A stretch of DNA of 32,000 nucleotides from Methanothermus fervidus DSM 2088 (GCA_000166095.1 CP002278.1:120001-152000), one strand, 5' to 3'; positions 11,227-22,102 are shown, numbered from the stretch's first letter. A program made the numbers and translations. The notes: a model not told the origin generated them from the letters alone.

Positions 11227-11717
11227 TATATCTCCCCTTTCACAAGTTCAGCGCCTTTATCAACTACTATCTTGCATGGGGCAGGCAATTTCATTGCAGC
11301 TCTTCTGAGAGCTTCTTTAGCATCTTTAAAATTCCTTTTATTAGTTCGAATAGTTGCAACTTTTTGATTTTTCTTTACTATTGCTTCCAAACTTACAGGT
11401 TTTCCAAAAGCCTTTCTCATTCCATCTTGGACTCTGTCAGCCCCCGCACCAACAGCCATTGGATTTTCACGTACAATATGGTGTGGATATACTCTTATTT
11501 TCAAATGGTATCCTGTTCTTCCGGCTTTTCTTTGTATATATCTATTTGCAGCGACTCTAGCAGCTTCTAAAGCATTATGAGATATTTGTGCAGGTCTTTT
11601 AACTACAAGGCTTAAAGATAATTCGAAATCTCCATTTGGATCTCCCATGTCAAATTGTCTTATTTTTGGAGCAGGTATACGCTTGATATATTCTTTACGG
11701 GTGTAAGGTCTAACCAT
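11226..11717 (-). CDS. rpl10e: 50S ribosomal protein L10e (uL16)
   Basis: [38 protein letters not shown]... archaeal L10e. Confidence 0.95.
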   Translation of the reverse strand: MVRPYTRKEYIKRIPAPKIRQFDMGDPNGDFELSLSLVVKRPAQISHNALEAARVAANRYIQRKAGRTGYHLKIRVYPHHIVRENPMAVGAGADRVQDGMRKAFGKPVSLEAIVKKNQKVATIRTNKRNFKDAKEALRRAAMKLPAPCKIVVDKGAELVKGEI

Positions 11718-11785
11718 TTCTCTACACCTCCTTGTTGGATCATACGGTTTTTTCGTTATATAAATTATTCCATTTTTATTAAAAA

Positions 11786-12478
11786 CTAAATTGTGTATTC
11801 TCCTTCAATTGTTTTAATCTTTACTTTTTTTACAATGTTTTTAACAGTTTTTGCTATTTTTTTTAACTCCTCAACCTTTGGAGGTTCAATATTTTTTAGA
11901 TATGGATCTAAAACTGTTTCATTTCTAAACTGCTGTAAGGTATATAAGTCACAATCTATTTCTTTTGCGATCTTCACTATGTCATTTTTTGTCATAAGTT
12001 TAGGAACATATGTAGTCCTACATTCTAAATACACTTTTGATTTATTTAATATCTTCATGCTCTCTTTAACTTCAGATCCTACATTTTTGCCAATAATTTC
12101 TTTATATTTAGTGAAAGGGGCTTTAACATCCAAACTTACATAATCTAAATACTTGATGATACTATTTAATTTCTTGGGATATATACCATTTGTGTCAAGT
12201 TTTGTTTTTAAACCCAGAGAATATGCATGTTTTAGTATTTCTTCTACTTCTTTTTCTTGAAAAAGAGGCTCACCTCCACTTAAAACTACAGCATCTATAA
12301 AATCTTTTGAAGAAGAAATTTTTCTCTTTATTGATTCAACATCAATATCTTTTCCATTTTTTAACAATTCTGGGTTATGACAATATGGACAACGCAAAGG
12401 ACATCCAGCAAAAAAGATTACAAGTGATATCTTCTCTGGAAAATCTATTGATGAAATTAAAGATCCTCCAAATTTCAT
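11786..12478 (-). CDS. nrdG: Radical-SAM anaerobic ribonucleoside-triphosphate reductase activating protein (NrdG-like)
   Basis: [19 protein letters not shown] (CxxxCxxC), [16 protein letters not shown]. Confidence 0.85.
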   Translation of the reverse strand: MKFGGSLISSIDFPEKISLVIFFAGCPLRCPYCHNPELLKNGKDIDVESIKRKISSSKDFIDAVVLSGGEPLFQEKEVEEILKHAYSLGLKTKLDTNGIYPKKLNSIIKYLDYVSLDVKAPFTKYKEIIGKNVGSEVKESMKILNKSKVYLECRTTYVPKLMTKNDIVKIAKEIDCDLYTLQQFRNETVLDPYLKNIEPPKVEELKKIAKTVKNIVKKVKIKTIEGEYTI

Positions 12479-12488
12479 TGTCTTGCAC

Positions 12489-13589
12489 CTAATGTAATAT
12501 TTCTTTAAGAGTATCTATAAGTTTTTTATTTTCTTCGATCTTACCAACAGTTATTCTAATCCAATATTCATCTAAACCTCTAAATGAACTACAATCACGT
12601 ACAATTATACCTCTTTTTAATAATTTTTCACAAATTTCTGTTGAAGTCATTCCGCTATCTCTAATATCAACTAATATAAAATTAGCATGAGACTTTAAAG
12701 GCTTAAATTCTTTAAATTTAGACAACTCCTTATATAAGTATTCTCTACTCTTTATTATGTAGTTTATAGAGTTTCGAATATATTTTTTATCTTTCAAAAC
12801 TGTGAGAGCTGCTATGTAGGAAAGTCTTGTAAGACTAAATATTGGCTTAACTTTATGCATGTCACTAATTATTTCAGGGTTTGATATTCCATAACCTACG
12901 CGCATTCCTGCTAAGCCAAGAACTTTAGAAAATGTACGTAAAATTAAAATATTTGGATATTTTTCTAACAAATCTACATTGCTAATACCTGCAAACTCAA
13001 AATATGCTTCATCTACAATGACCAATGCTGAAGTTGACTCAAGAATTTTTTTTATTTCTTTTTTATCTATTAAGCCACCAGTTGGATTATTGGGAGAACA
13101 CAAGAATATCAATTTTGTTTTATTTGTGATTTTTTCAAGGACAGAATCTACATTCAATTTATTTTTTTTAATATCCCAAGATGCAGGTACAAGTTTTGCA
13201 CCATAAGGTTTTAAAGCATATTCATAATATGTGTAAGAAGGTAGTGGCACAATAAATTCATCTCCTGGCTCTATAAAAGTTTTACCAAGCAAATCAATTA
13301 TCTCATCTGCTCCATCTCCACCCACTATAATCTCATTTTCTGATACACCTGAATATGAAGCAATGGCCTTTTTGAGATCATTTATATTTGATTCTGGATA
13401 TCTATGAATCTCATGAAGATTTTGTTTTATAGCATCAATAACTTTTGGAGAAGGTCCTAATGGATTTTCATTTGACCCTAATTTTATAATATCGTTTTTT
13501 TTCAACCCATATTTTTTAGCTATTTCTTCTATAGATTTTCCAGGAACGTATGGATTTATTTTCTCTATTATTTTTCTTTTTTTGACCAT
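12489..13589 (-). CDS. hisC: Histidinol-phosphate aminotransferase
   Basis: NENPLGPSPKVIDAI, YPESNINDLKKAIA, GGDGADEIIDLL, LCSPNNPTGG, VDEAYFEF, RTFSKVLGLAGMRVGYGI. Confidence 0.95.
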   Translation of the reverse strand: MVKKRKIIEKINPYVPGKSIEEIAKKYGLKKNDIIKLGSNENPLGPSPKVIDAIKQNLHEIHRYPESNINDLKKAIASYSGVSENEIIVGGDGADEIIDLLGKTFIEPGDEFIVPLPSYTYYEYALKPYGAKLVPASWDIKKNKLNVDSVLEKITNKTKLIFLCSPNNPTGGLIDKKEIKKILESTSALVIVDEAYFEFAGISNVDLLEKYPNILILRTFSKVLGLAGMRVGYGISNPEIISDMHKVKPIFSLTRLSYIAALTVLKDKKYIRNSINYIIKSREYLYKELSKFKEFKPLKSHANFILVDIRDSGMTSTEICEKLLKRGIIVRDCSSFRGLDEYWIRITVGKIEENKKLIDTLKEILH

Positions 13590-14875
13590 GAAGAATCACT
13601 TTTTAAGAAATTGTCAACTATTTGCTTTTCTTGTTGTACTATAACTGCCTTATTAGAATCAACGTCTTCATCTATTAATGCATTAGGCCATATAACTGAA
13701 TCCATGCCTATCTTAACCCCGGGATTAAATCCAGAATTTATGCCTGTTTTTACATTATCACCAAAAACAGCTCCTAATTTTCTACGGGAAGTAGATACTC
13801 TTTCACCTTTTACATTCATTTTAACAGGTTTGTCATTGAATTTAAGATTGGCAATATTAGTTCCAGCTCCAAAATTACAATTAGCACCGATTATAGAATC
13901 TCCAACATAAGAGAGATGATTAATATTTGTATTTTCCATTATTATTGAATTCTTTATTTCTACAGCATTCCCAATACTTACACCATCATATATACAAGTA
14001 TATGCTCTTATATAACAATTTGGCCCAATATCACAATTTTTTCCTATATAAACAGGTCCTTGTATATAAGTGCCAGATCTAACAATTGTACCTCGGCCTA
14101 TCACTACTGGACCTTTAATATGTACATTCTCTTCGACTTCACCTTCAATTTTTGTTTTAATATTTTTCATCATTTCCTCATTAGCATTGAGGAGTTCCCA
14201 TGGTCTACCTATATCTATCCATCTTTTTTTAGATACAAAACCCCTAACATCTATCCCATCTTTGATTTCCATCATAATACTGTCAGTTATCTCATATTCA
14301 CCACGTGGAGATTTCTGAGTTTTTTCAATATAATTGAAAATTATAGGATTAAAAATATATATTCCTGCATTTGCAAGATCACTTGGTGCCTCTTCAGGTT
14401 TTGGCTTTTCAATTATATTCTTAACTTTGTCATCTTCTAATTCTACAATGCCAAAAGAACTAGGATCTTTGACTTTTGTTAAAAGAAGAAGAGTATCAGG
14501 CGTATTTCTTTCATAATAATTGATAACTTCTTTAATTAAATTTGGGTCTGTTATTACATCACCATTTACAACTATAAATTCCTCATCAATTACATTTTTT
14601 CCTTTTCCAATAGCATGAGCAGTACCTAATTGTTTTTCTTGAATCAAATATGATAATTTTACACCAAATTCTTTACCATCCGCAAAATACTTCTTTATTA
14701 CATTTTTTTTATAACCTACAACTAAAAATATTTCGTCGATCCCTGCGTCTCTTATAGATTCAATATTATATTGAAGTATTGGTTTCCCAGAAATTGGCAA
14801 CATTGTTTTAGGACGTGTCAATGTTAGTGGTCGCATTCTAGTTCCTTCTCCAGCCGTTAATATCATTGCTTGCAT
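13568..14875 (-). CDS. glmU: Bifunctional sugar-1-phosphate nucleotidylyltransferase/acetyltransferase (GlmU-like)
   Basis: MQAMILTAGEGTRMRPLTLTRPKTMLPISGKPILQYNI, VNGDVI, then a left-handed beta-helix C-terminus (VKGPVVIGRGTIVRSGTYIQGPVYIGKNCDIGPN). Confidence 0.9.
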   Translation of the reverse strand: MQAMILTAGEGTRMRPLTLTRPKTMLPISGKPILQYNIESIRDAGIDEIFLVVGYKKNVIKKYFADGKEFGVKLSYLIQEKQLGTAHAIGKGKNVIDEEFIVVNGDVITDPNLIKEVINYYERNTPDTLLLLTKVKDPSSFGIVELEDDKVKNIIEKPKPEEAPSDLANAGIYIFNPIIFNYIEKTQKSPRGEYEITDSIMMEIKDGIDVRGFVSKKRWIDIGRPWELLNANEEMMKNIKTKIEGEVEENVHIKGPVVIGRGTIVRSGTYIQGPVYIGKNCDIGPNCYIRAYTCIYDGVSIGNAVEIKNSIIMENTNINHLSYVGDSIIGANCNFGAGTNIANLKFNDKPVKMNVKGERVSTSRRKLGAVFGDNVKTGINSGFNPGVKIGMDSVIWPNALIDEDVDSNKAVIVQQEKQIVDNFLKSDSSWSKKEK

Positions 14876-16221
14876 GAAACCACCGTATTTATTGCTTTTT
14901 TTACGATAGAATGAACCTTATTATATATGTTTTTTAATTTATTTTTGTCCCTACTTTCAGCTCTAATTCTGATGTAAGGTTCTGTACCAGACGGTCTAAC
15001 TAATATCCAACTTTTATCTTTCAAAGTTATTCTGATTCCATCGATTTTGTCTATTTTAGCTTTTGGAAATTCATTCTTTAGTTTTGGTTCTATTATTTTC
15101 ATAACTTCTTTTTTATGCATGTCAGGACATTGTATTTTGTCTCTAATATTAGGATATGATGGAATCTCTGCTAGTAAATCAGATAAATTCCCTTCTTTGT
15201 CTATAACTTCAACAACGCGTAGTGCAGAAAAAATACCATCCGGAGTAAGAGAAAAAGTAGGATGTATCCATGTGCCAGATGGTTCACCACCAAAGCTTGC
15301 ATTATGCTTCATTATTTCATTAGCAACATTTACATCTCCAACTTTGGTTCTGATAACCTTTCCACCAATTTCTTCCATACATTCTTCAATGCACAATGAT
15401 GCATCAACTGTTGTAACTATGGTTCCTCCATATTTTTTGGAAACTAAAGCTAACAATTTATCAAAATCTGCAATTTTTCCTTCATCAGTTACTATAACTG
15501 CTCTATCAGCGTCCCCATCATGTGCAATTCCAATATCTGCTCCAACTGCCTTAACAGTCTCCATTAAATCTTTTAAATTTTCTTCTGTAGGCTCTGGATT
15601 TCTACCTGGGAAAAATCCATCTGGCTGACAATTTAAAGTAATTACTTCACATCCAAGTTCTCTTAAGACATAAGGGGTTACATAAGATGCAGCTCCACAA
15701 CCAGCATCCACTACAACTTTTAACTCGTTTTTTATATCTATAGAATTTATTAAATCAGTTTTATAATCTTCTATTATCTTTGCATCTTTAATATTGCCAA
15801 TTTTATCCCATTCTTTTTCATCAAAATCATTATCATGAATTATTCTTTCAATTTCATCTTCTTGTGAAGGTGTATAAGCCATTCCATTGGCATTCCAGGC
15901 CTTTATGCCATTATATTCTGGTGGGTTATGGGAAGCAGTTATCATGACACCAGTATCTGCATTAAGTTTTTTGACAGCATATCCTAATGCTGGTGTAGGT
16001 ACCATTCCAATTCTTATAACTTTAGATCCACATTCCATTAAGCCTGCTGCGACAGCACTAACTAGCATTTCACTTGAAGTCCTTGGATCATGTCCAATTA
16101 CAATTTTACCTCCACCAACATAAGTTGCAATTGCTTTTCCGACCTTTAGTGCTAATTCAGACGTGATTTTTGATCTAATCTTCCCTCTTATTCCAGAGGT
16201 TCCAAATAATGACATGCTCAT
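14863..16221 (-). CDS. glmM: Phosphoglucosamine/phosphohexomutase
   Basis: MSLFGTSGIRGKIRSKIT, VIGHDPRTSSEML, GVMITASHNPPEYNGIK, GIAHDGDADRAVIV, LVRPSGTEPYIRIRAES. Confidence 0.93.
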   Translation of the reverse strand: MSMSLFGTSGIRGKIRSKITSELALKVGKAIATYVGGGKIVIGHDPRTSSEMLVSAVAAGLMECGSKVIRIGMVPTPALGYAVKKLNADTGVMITASHNPPEYNGIKAWNANGMAYTPSQEDEIERIIHDNDFDEKEWDKIGNIKDAKIIEDYKTDLINSIDIKNELKVVVDAGCGAASYVTPYVLRELGCEVITLNCQPDGFFPGRNPEPTEENLKDLMETVKAVGADIGIAHDGDADRAVIVTDEGKIADFDKLLALVSKKYGGTIVTTVDASLCIEECMEEIGGKVIRTKVGDVNVANEIMKHNASFGGEPSGTWIHPTFSLTPDGIFSALRVVEVIDKEGNLSDLLAEIPSYPNIRDKIQCPDMHKKEVMKIIEPKLKNEFPKAKIDKIDGIRITLKDKSWILVRPSGTEPYIRIRAESRDKNKLKNIYNKVHSIVKKAINTVVSCKQ

Positions 16222-17444
16222 GCCCCAAACTTTTCACTTCTATTGGTTAAATCTAAAATTATGTTCATTATATCTGAACCTTTGATTCTGCCCAAACCAC
16301 CTTTAGATGCAGAAATTTCATCAAATCTTTTGACATCGTCAATCCTTACACCAGGACATCTTATAACTATTGGAACAGGATCTCCAGTATGATCTTTTAC
16401 AGAAACTGGAGTTGTGTGGTCTGCGGTAAGTACCAAACATATATCCTCACAATTTAAAATTTTACTAATTACAACTTCATCAATTCTCTCTATAAATTCT
16501 TTTTTCTCTTCAAAATTTCCATCATGTCCAGCTTCATCAGCTCCATCAATATTAACCAGTAGAAAATCATATTTATCTAAAGTACTGAGTATAGTTTTTA
16601 CGATAGAATTTAAATCCGTATCTGTACCTCCTGTTGCTGTAGGAACTTCAATAACATCCATACCTGCTAACCTGGCAATCCCCATAATAAGACCAGTCTC
16701 TGCAATACAGGCGGCCTTAAGATTATACTTTTCACAAAAGTTTTCTAATGAAGGTACCTTTCCTCCACCCCTAGGCAATATTATATTAGCAGGTTTTTTT
16801 CCTTCCTTTATTCGTTTTAAATTTATTGGATGCTTCTCAAGCAACTTATAAGAATTTTTAACAAATTTGTTTAGTATTGAAGCTGTAAATTTTGCTTCAA
16901 ATGAATCATCCAATGGTTTTACATCTTTCACGCGTTTATTTTCAACTTTTGGATCTGCATCAGTAATTTTATCAGATAAATTTTCTCCACGTAAAACTAA
17001 AACTGCTCTATGTCCAGTTGATTCTTTAAATATTATCTCTACATCTTCTTCTAATTTCATGGAATTGATAGTTTCAGCTAATTTGTCAGTGCCTTCTCTT
17101 ATTCTATCAGCTCTTCTATCTAATACAACAAAATTTTCATCTACTGTAGCAAAATTACATCTAAATGCAATATCTCCCGGTTTTACATCAACTCCTACTC
17201 CAGCTGCCTCAAATGGTCCCCTGCCTGTATAAACTTTATATGGATCATAACCCAATATTGAAAGATGCGCTGTATCACTTCCTACACGTATACCTGGTGA
17301 TATTGGGTCCATTATACCATTTATTCCCTCTTCAGCAATTTTATCCATATTGGGTGTTTTTGCAGCTTGAAGCGGTGTTTTATAATCATTTTCTTTTGTA
17401 GGTCGATCTGCCATTCCATCAATTATTAATATTATGCACTTCAT
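16218..17444 (-). CDS. apgM: Archaeal 2,3-bisphosphoglycerate-independent phosphoglycerate mutase
   Basis: MKCIILIIDGMADRPTKENDYKTPLQAAKTPNMDKIAEEGINGIMDPI, GSDTAHLSILGYDPYKVYTGRGPFEAAG, LTADHTTPV. Confidence 0.94.
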   Translation of the reverse strand: MKCIILIIDGMADRPTKENDYKTPLQAAKTPNMDKIAEEGINGIMDPISPGIRVGSDTAHLSILGYDPYKVYTGRGPFEAAGVGVDVKPGDIAFRCNFATVDENFVVLDRRADRIREGTDKLAETINSMKLEEDVEIIFKESTGHRAVLVLRGENLSDKITDADPKVENKRVKDVKPLDDSFEAKFTASILNKFVKNSYKLLEKHPINLKRIKEGKKPANIILPRGGGKVPSLENFCEKYNLKAACIAETGLIMGIARLAGMDVIEVPTATGGTDTDLNSIVKTILSTLDKYDFLLVNIDGADEAGHDGNFEEKKEFIERIDEVVISKILNCEDICLVLTADHTTPVSVKDHTGDPVPIVIRCPGVRIDDVKRFDEISASKGGLGRIKGSDIMNIILDLTNRSEKFGA

Positions 17445-17481
17445 TCTTCAACACCTTTTTTACACTTTAGAAGGAAAAAAA

Positions 17482-18149
17482 TTACATGAGCATTATTCCG
17501 GTAATTGCACCAACTAAAGTAGCAAGAAAATTAACTTCTTCATTTGTTAAAAATTTTTTCTTTCGAATGTAGCTCCTAAAAAACTATCTGTGAAAGACCC
17601 TATTATTCCAGAAATTATTGCTACTTTTAAAGACAATAAAATATTTGGACAGACATTAAGAAAATATGCAGAAATTCCTATTATTGCTGCTCCAACAATT
17701 CCAATAACAGTGCCCAGTATAGATACTCCTCCATCAGTACCTGGAGGCACTTTCTTCAAATTTGTTATAAGTCTTGGTTTTTGTATGATACCTATTTCAC
17801 TTGCCATCGTGTCTGCAGTAGCAGCTGCTATAGATCCTATAAATCCACCTACGAACCTATCATATCTGCCAAGTATTGCCATTGCAACTGGTACGATTCC
17901 ATTGGATAAAACATTTTTCATAGATCTTTTCTTCTCATATATACCTAATTTTTTCTTGTATTCTTTTTGATATTTTGTCGAAATTATTCCTAAAATTAAA
18001 AAAATAAATAAAATTAAAAGCCAATTAAATCCTGCAGCAAACAGAATTAAGAGTCCCAAAACTACCATTAACACAGAACCTGCTAAGTCTAAATCTTTTC
18101 TTATATATGTTATGATGCCAATGCTAATACAAAAGAATATATCCCACAT
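17482..18149 (-). CDS. DUF92 family membrane protein, C-terminus interrupted by a -1 nt frameshift near 17547-17560
   Basis: FVGGFIGSIAAATADTMASEIGII, LITNLKKVPPGTDGGVSILGT, IIGSFTDSFLGATFERK. The track ORF stops at 17547. The adjacent frame continues LTNEEVNFLATLVGAITGIMLM* to 17482. Confidence 0.82.
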
Positions 18150-18158
18150 TACAATTCC

Positions 18159-18752
18159 CTATTTTTCTTCAGGTTCGCTTAAAACCTTCGTTTTTATAAT
18201 TTCTACTCTCCTAATTGGATATATGACTTTAGCACTTTCCTGTACTTCGGAAGATATTTTACCATCTATCATATCTTTAATAAACTCTTCTAGTGTTCTT
18301 TCAGCGGCTAACTCTAACACTTTTTCTTGTGCAATACGTCTAATTTCTCTTTGTTGTGAAGTTTTAGTACGTCTTGCTGTTATTATTAAAGTATAAACTT
18401 TTATCTTGTATCCATCTTTGGTATTAACAATCACTGGTGCATCGACCCTACTTGTTCCCCTTCTAATTAAACTTCTTACATAGTCAGTTGTCATTTCATG
18501 TCCAATGTATTTTGTTTTTGCAACATCTCCTGTAACATCGTTTATTCTAAATTTTAACTTCATGTATTGTTTTGAAAAATCACCTGTTAATTCTCTTACA
18601 GTTGCTTCTACAGTTCTGTTAACAACTAAATCTGGAGACCTAGCAGGTGTTAATCCTATTTCTTTTTCTCCAAAATATTTTGGACTGAGAATAGTATACC
18701 ATTTTTTCTCTTTCCATGTGTCTCTTGCTCTTCGTCTCCTTACCCTTGCCAT
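18159..18752 (-). CDS. rps3ae: 30S ribosomal protein S3Ae (eS1)
   Basis: MARVRRRRARDTWKEKKWYTILSPKYFGEKEIGLTPA. The upstream 13 residues of the track ORF (to 18791) look spurious. GGTGAT RBS-like sequence precedes 18752. Confidence 0.93.
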   Translation of the reverse strand: MARVRRRRARDTWKEKKWYTILSPKYFGEKEIGLTPARSPDLVVNRTVEATVRELTGDFSKQYMKLKFRINDVTGDVAKTKYIGHEMTTDYVRSLIRRGTSRVDAPVIVNTKDGYKIKVYTLIITARRTKTSQQREIRRIAQEKVLELAAERTLEEFIKDMIDGKISSEVQESAKVIYPIRRVEIIKTKVLSEPEEK

Positions 18753-18765
18753 ATTTATCACCTCT

Positions 18766-20079
18766 CTATGAATTGAATTTTCTCTTATCAATAACTCTTA
18801 CGGCCTTACCTTCACTTCTTGGTAAAGTTCCTGGTTCTACTAATGTTACATTTACTCGTAACCCTATCTCTTCATGTACAACTTTTTCAATTTTTTTCTT
18901 AATTTTTTCCATTTCTTTAACTTCATCTGAAAACAATTCAGGAGATGTTTCAACGCGAATTTCCATTTCATCTAAATAATGGGGCCTAGTTATCACAATT
19001 TGATAATGAGGTTCCAGGCCATCCACCTTTAAAAGTGCTTTCTCAATTTGTGATGGGAATACCATTACACCTCTTACCTTTATCATGTCATCAGTTCTTC
19101 CAGTTATTCTACCTATTCTTCTCAATGTCCTTCCACATTTACATTCATCATCAAGCAATGAAGTTATATCTCTTGTTCTAAATCTTATCATTGGCATTGC
19201 CTCTTTTGTCAATGTTGTAATAACCAATTCTCCTTTTTCTCCAGGTGGTAGTCTTTTCCCAGTTTTTGGATCTATTATTTCTGGATAAAAATGATCTTCA
19301 AATATATGAAGACCTGTTTTTTGCATGCATTCTTGTGCAACCCCTGGACCTATAATTTCTGTCAAACCATATATATTAAGTGCTGTCAAACCTAAACGAT
19401 TTTCAATTTTTTTTCTCATTTCTTCTGTCCACATTTCAGCTCCAAATATTCCAATTCTTAAGTTTATATCATCTAAACTTAAACCTTCTTTTTTTAAAGT
19501 CTCAGCTAAATATAACGCATAGGATGGTGTACAGGTAAGCACAGTTGTCCCAAAATCTCGCATAACTTCAATTTGTCGTTTTGTATTACCTGTAGATATT
19601 GGAATTACCATTGCTCCTATCTTTTGGGCACCATAGTGAACCCCTAAGCCACCTGTAAACAATCCATATCCATATGCATTTTGTATTAAGTCTTTGCTTG
19701 TGACTGATGCCATAGATAATGCTCTTGCCATTACTTCAGACCATATTTCAATGTCTTTCTCAGTATAACCAGCTACTGTTGGCTTACCTGTTGTACCAGA
19801 TGTTGTATGTATTTCAACAATTTCCTTTTTTGGAACTGCAAACATTCCAAATGGATATGCCTTGCGAAGATCCTCTTTTGTTGTGAAAGGTAATTTTTCT
19901 AGATCATCTAATGTTTCAATATCTTCAGGTTCTATCCCTAAACTATCAAATTTATCTTTGTAATATGGAACATTTTCATAAACTCTAACTAAAGTTTCTT
20001 CAAGTCTTTTCAACTGTAATTCTTCAAGTTCCTCTCTTTCCATAAATTCTACTTCATATTTCCAAGCCACAATGGACAC
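18766..20079 (-). CDS. paaK: Phenylacetate--CoA ligase family (AMP-forming)
   Basis: [89 protein letters not shown]. Confidence 0.92.
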   Translation of the reverse strand: MSIVAWKYEVEFMEREELEELQLKRLEETLVRVYENVPYYKDKFDSLGIEPEDIETLDDLEKLPFTTKEDLRKAYPFGMFAVPKKEIVEIHTTSGTTGKPTVAGYTEKDIEIWSEVMARALSMASVTSKDLIQNAYGYGLFTGGLGVHYGAQKIGAMVIPISTGNTKRQIEVMRDFGTTVLTCTPSYALYLAETLKKEGLSLDDINLRIGIFGAEMWTEEMRKKIENRLGLTALNIYGLTEIIGPGVAQECMQKTGLHIFEDHFYPEIIDPKTGKRLPPGEKGELVITTLTKEAMPMIRFRTRDITSLLDDECKCGRTLRRIGRITGRTDDMIKVRGVMVFPSQIEKALLKVDGLEPHYQIVITRPHYLDEMEIRVETSPELFSDEVKEMEKIKKKIEKVVHEEIGLRVNVTLVEPGTLPRSEGKAVRVIDKRKFNS

Positions 20080-20165
20080 TCTCCCAAAAATTTAATTATG
20101 ATAATCTTTATAAATCTCTTTTATGTAGTTTCGACACAAATATTTTATTTAGGAGGTAATATAAT

Positions 20166-20399
20166 ATGAGAGTAGTGGAAGAGATAATAGGTAAAGAGGT
20201 TCTAGATGATTCTGCGACAGTAATAGGTAAAGTTAAAGATGTTGAAATAGATATTGAAACAAATACGGTTGATGCATTGATACTTGGGAAAGGTAGTATA
20301 TCTGAAGGATTAGGGTTATCTAAGAATGAGACAATAGTGCCATATGAAATGGTTGATAAAATTGGTGATAAGATATTGTTAAAAGGAACATTGAAATAA
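20166..20399 (+). CDS. PRC-barrel domain protein
   Basis: MRVVEEIIGKEVLDDSATVIGKVKDVEIDIETNTVDALILGKG. AGGAGGT RBS upstream. Confidence 0.8.
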   Translation: MRVVEEIIGKEVLDDSATVIGKVKDVEIDIETNTVDALILGKGSISEGLGLSKNETIVPYEMVDKIGDKILLKGTLK

Positions 20400-20441
20400 A
20401 AATTTTTCCCATTTATTTTTTAATTTTTTGAGGGATTCTGT

Positions 20442-21122
20442 GTGGAAGTAAAAGGTATTTGCAACATTTGTGGAAATGTAGGAATACTTCATACCTGTAG
20501 GTTGTGTGGAAGACTTGTATGTGGGGAATGTTACATACCTGCAGCAGGACTTTGTAGAATATGCTACAAAAAACCAGGTAGAAGAATCAAAAATATAAAT
20601 GATAAAGACATGTTAATAAATTTATTTAAAGAAAAAAACGTTGTTAAATTTGGAAATTTCACATTATCTTCTGGAAAAAAAAGTAACTATTATATAAATG
20701 TAAAAGGAGCAATCACTTATCCAAAAATTTTAAAAATTTTAACAAACATTATAGTAAAGAAAATAAAAGATTTAGATATCCAAAAAATAGCCGGACCAGC
20801 AGTTGGTGCGATTCCAATAATTACTGCAGTATCATTGAAGGCAAATATACCATTTGTTATTATAAGAAAGAAAAAAAAGAAATATGGAACATCTAAACTT
20901 GTGGAAGGAGATCTAAGTAAGAATGATAAAGTTGTAGTGATTGAAGATGTAACAACCACAGGAAATTCATTATTGAGGTCTATTAGGATTATTGAAGATG
21001 CAGGAGCTAAAGTTGAAAGAGCAATAGTTGTTGTAGATCGTGGTGAAGGTGCAATAGAGAAATTTAAAAAAGAAGGCATCAAATTGGATGTTATTTTAAC
21101 AGCTGATGAGCTTATGGATTAA
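20442..21122 (+). CDS. pyrE: Orotate phosphoribosyltransferase-type PRTase with N-terminal Cys-rich zinc-finger domain
   Basis: N-term CNICGNVGILHTCRLCGRLVCGECYIPAAGLCRICYKK. OPRTase core FTLSSGKKSNYYINVKGAIT, IAGPAVGAIPI, VVVIEDVTTTGNSLL. GTG start. Confidence 0.85.
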   Translation: MEVKGICNICGNVGILHTCRLCGRLVCGECYIPAAGLCRICYKKPGRRIKNINDKDMLINLFKEKNVVKFGNFTLSSGKKSNYYINVKGAITYPKILKILTNIIVKKIKDLDIQKIAGPAVGAIPIITAVSLKANIPFVIIRKKKKKYGTSKLVEGDLSKNDKVVVIEDVTTTGNSLLRSIRIIEDAGAKVERAIVVVDRGEGAIEKFKKEGIKLDVILTADELMD

Positions 21123-21124
21123 TA

Positions 21125-21628
21125 TTATTCTCTCACATGCTTGACAAAATGTCCTAATTCATCTATTATAAGGTTTACACCAAGTTTTACAGCATTTGGT
21201 GAACCAGGTAATGCAAAAATGAGAGTTTTGTTGTAAATACCAGCGGTTGAACGTGTAAGTATTACACCACTACCCAATCGTTTGTAAGATTCATATCTAA
21301 ATATTTCTCCAAAACCTTCTAATTCTTTCTCAAAAATTTCCCTTAAAGTTTCTATTGTAATATCTCTATTACTAATTCCTGTTCCTCCAGTTGTAAAAAT
21401 GACATCAACGTCATTGGCTAATTTTTTTATTAAAGATTTTAACATTTTTGAATCATCTGGGATTATATGGTATTCTTTTACAATATGTTTTTCATTCAAA
21501 GCATTTATCAATATTTTACCAGACTTATCTTGTTTTTTGTTTTTTATACTATCACTTAATGTTATAACAGCGCAAGTTACCTTCTTAGGAGCTTCTTTTT
21601 TATGCTGCAACATACTTTTAGATTTCAT
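21125..21628 (-). CDS. moaB: Molybdenum cofactor biosynthesis protein B (MoaB/MogA family)
   Basis: CAVITLSDSIKNKKQDKSGKILINAL, VDVIFTTGGTGISNRDITIETL, ALPGSPNAVKLG. Confidence 0.9.
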   Translation of the reverse strand: MKSKSMLQHKKEAPKKVTCAVITLSDSIKNKKQDKSGKILINALNEKHIVKEYHIIPDDSKMLKSLIKKLANDVDVIFTTGGTGISNRDITIETLREIFEKELEGFGEIFRYESYKRLGSGVILTRSTAGIYNKTLIFALPGSPNAVKLGVNLIIDELGHFVKHVRE

Positions 21629-21667
21629 AGTGAAATTTATATAAAGAATATATAAAACATTTTAACC
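21629..21667. promoter_or_regulatory. Compact divergent promoter region (moaB minus / ACT plus)
   Basis: gtgaaatttatataaagaatatataaaacatttta, TATA-like boxes within a 39-bp intergenic gap. Confidence 0.5.
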
Positions 21668-22099
21668 ATGACATTAAAGCAAGTATCAGTATTTTTGGAA
21701 AATAAAAGAGGTAGATTAAGGAAAGCAGTTCATGCATTAGCTAAAGCTAATATAAATATAAGAGCGTTATCAATAGCAGATACTTCAGAATTTGGAATTT
21801 TAAGGATGATAGTTACAAAACCAAAATTGGCAAAAGAAGTTCTTGAAAAAAACAATTTTGTTGCTAAATTAAACGATGTAATAGCTGTTGAAGTACCAGA
21901 TGAACCTGGTGGACTTGACTCCGTATTAAAAATACTTGAAGATGCCAAAATAAATGTTGAATATTTATATGCATTTGTAGAGAAAAAAGGTGAAAAAGCA
22001 ATTGTAGTAATAAGAATAGATGACATTGATAAAGGATTAGAAGCTTTAAATAAAGCTAATATACCGACAATTTCCGCAAAAGAAATATCCTCACTTTGA
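21668..22099 (+). CDS. Tandem ACT-domain regulatory protein
   Basis: [36 protein letters not shown] and [30 protein letters not shown], two ACT-like units. Confidence 0.85.
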   Translation: MTLKQVSVFLENKRGRLRKAVHALAKANINIRALSIADTSEFGILRMIVTKPKLAKEVLEKNNFVAKLNDVIAVEVPDEPGGLDSVLKILEDAKINVEYLYAFVEKKGEKAIVVIRIDDIDKGLEALNKANIPTISAKEISSL

Positions 22100-22102
22100 A
22101 AC

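Noticed and set aside
18753-18791. Extended N-terminus [13 protein letters not shown] of the S3Ae ORF
   Set aside because: It overlaps the paaK stop and is not S3Ae-like. MARVRRRR with a GGTGAT RBS at 18752 is the standard start.
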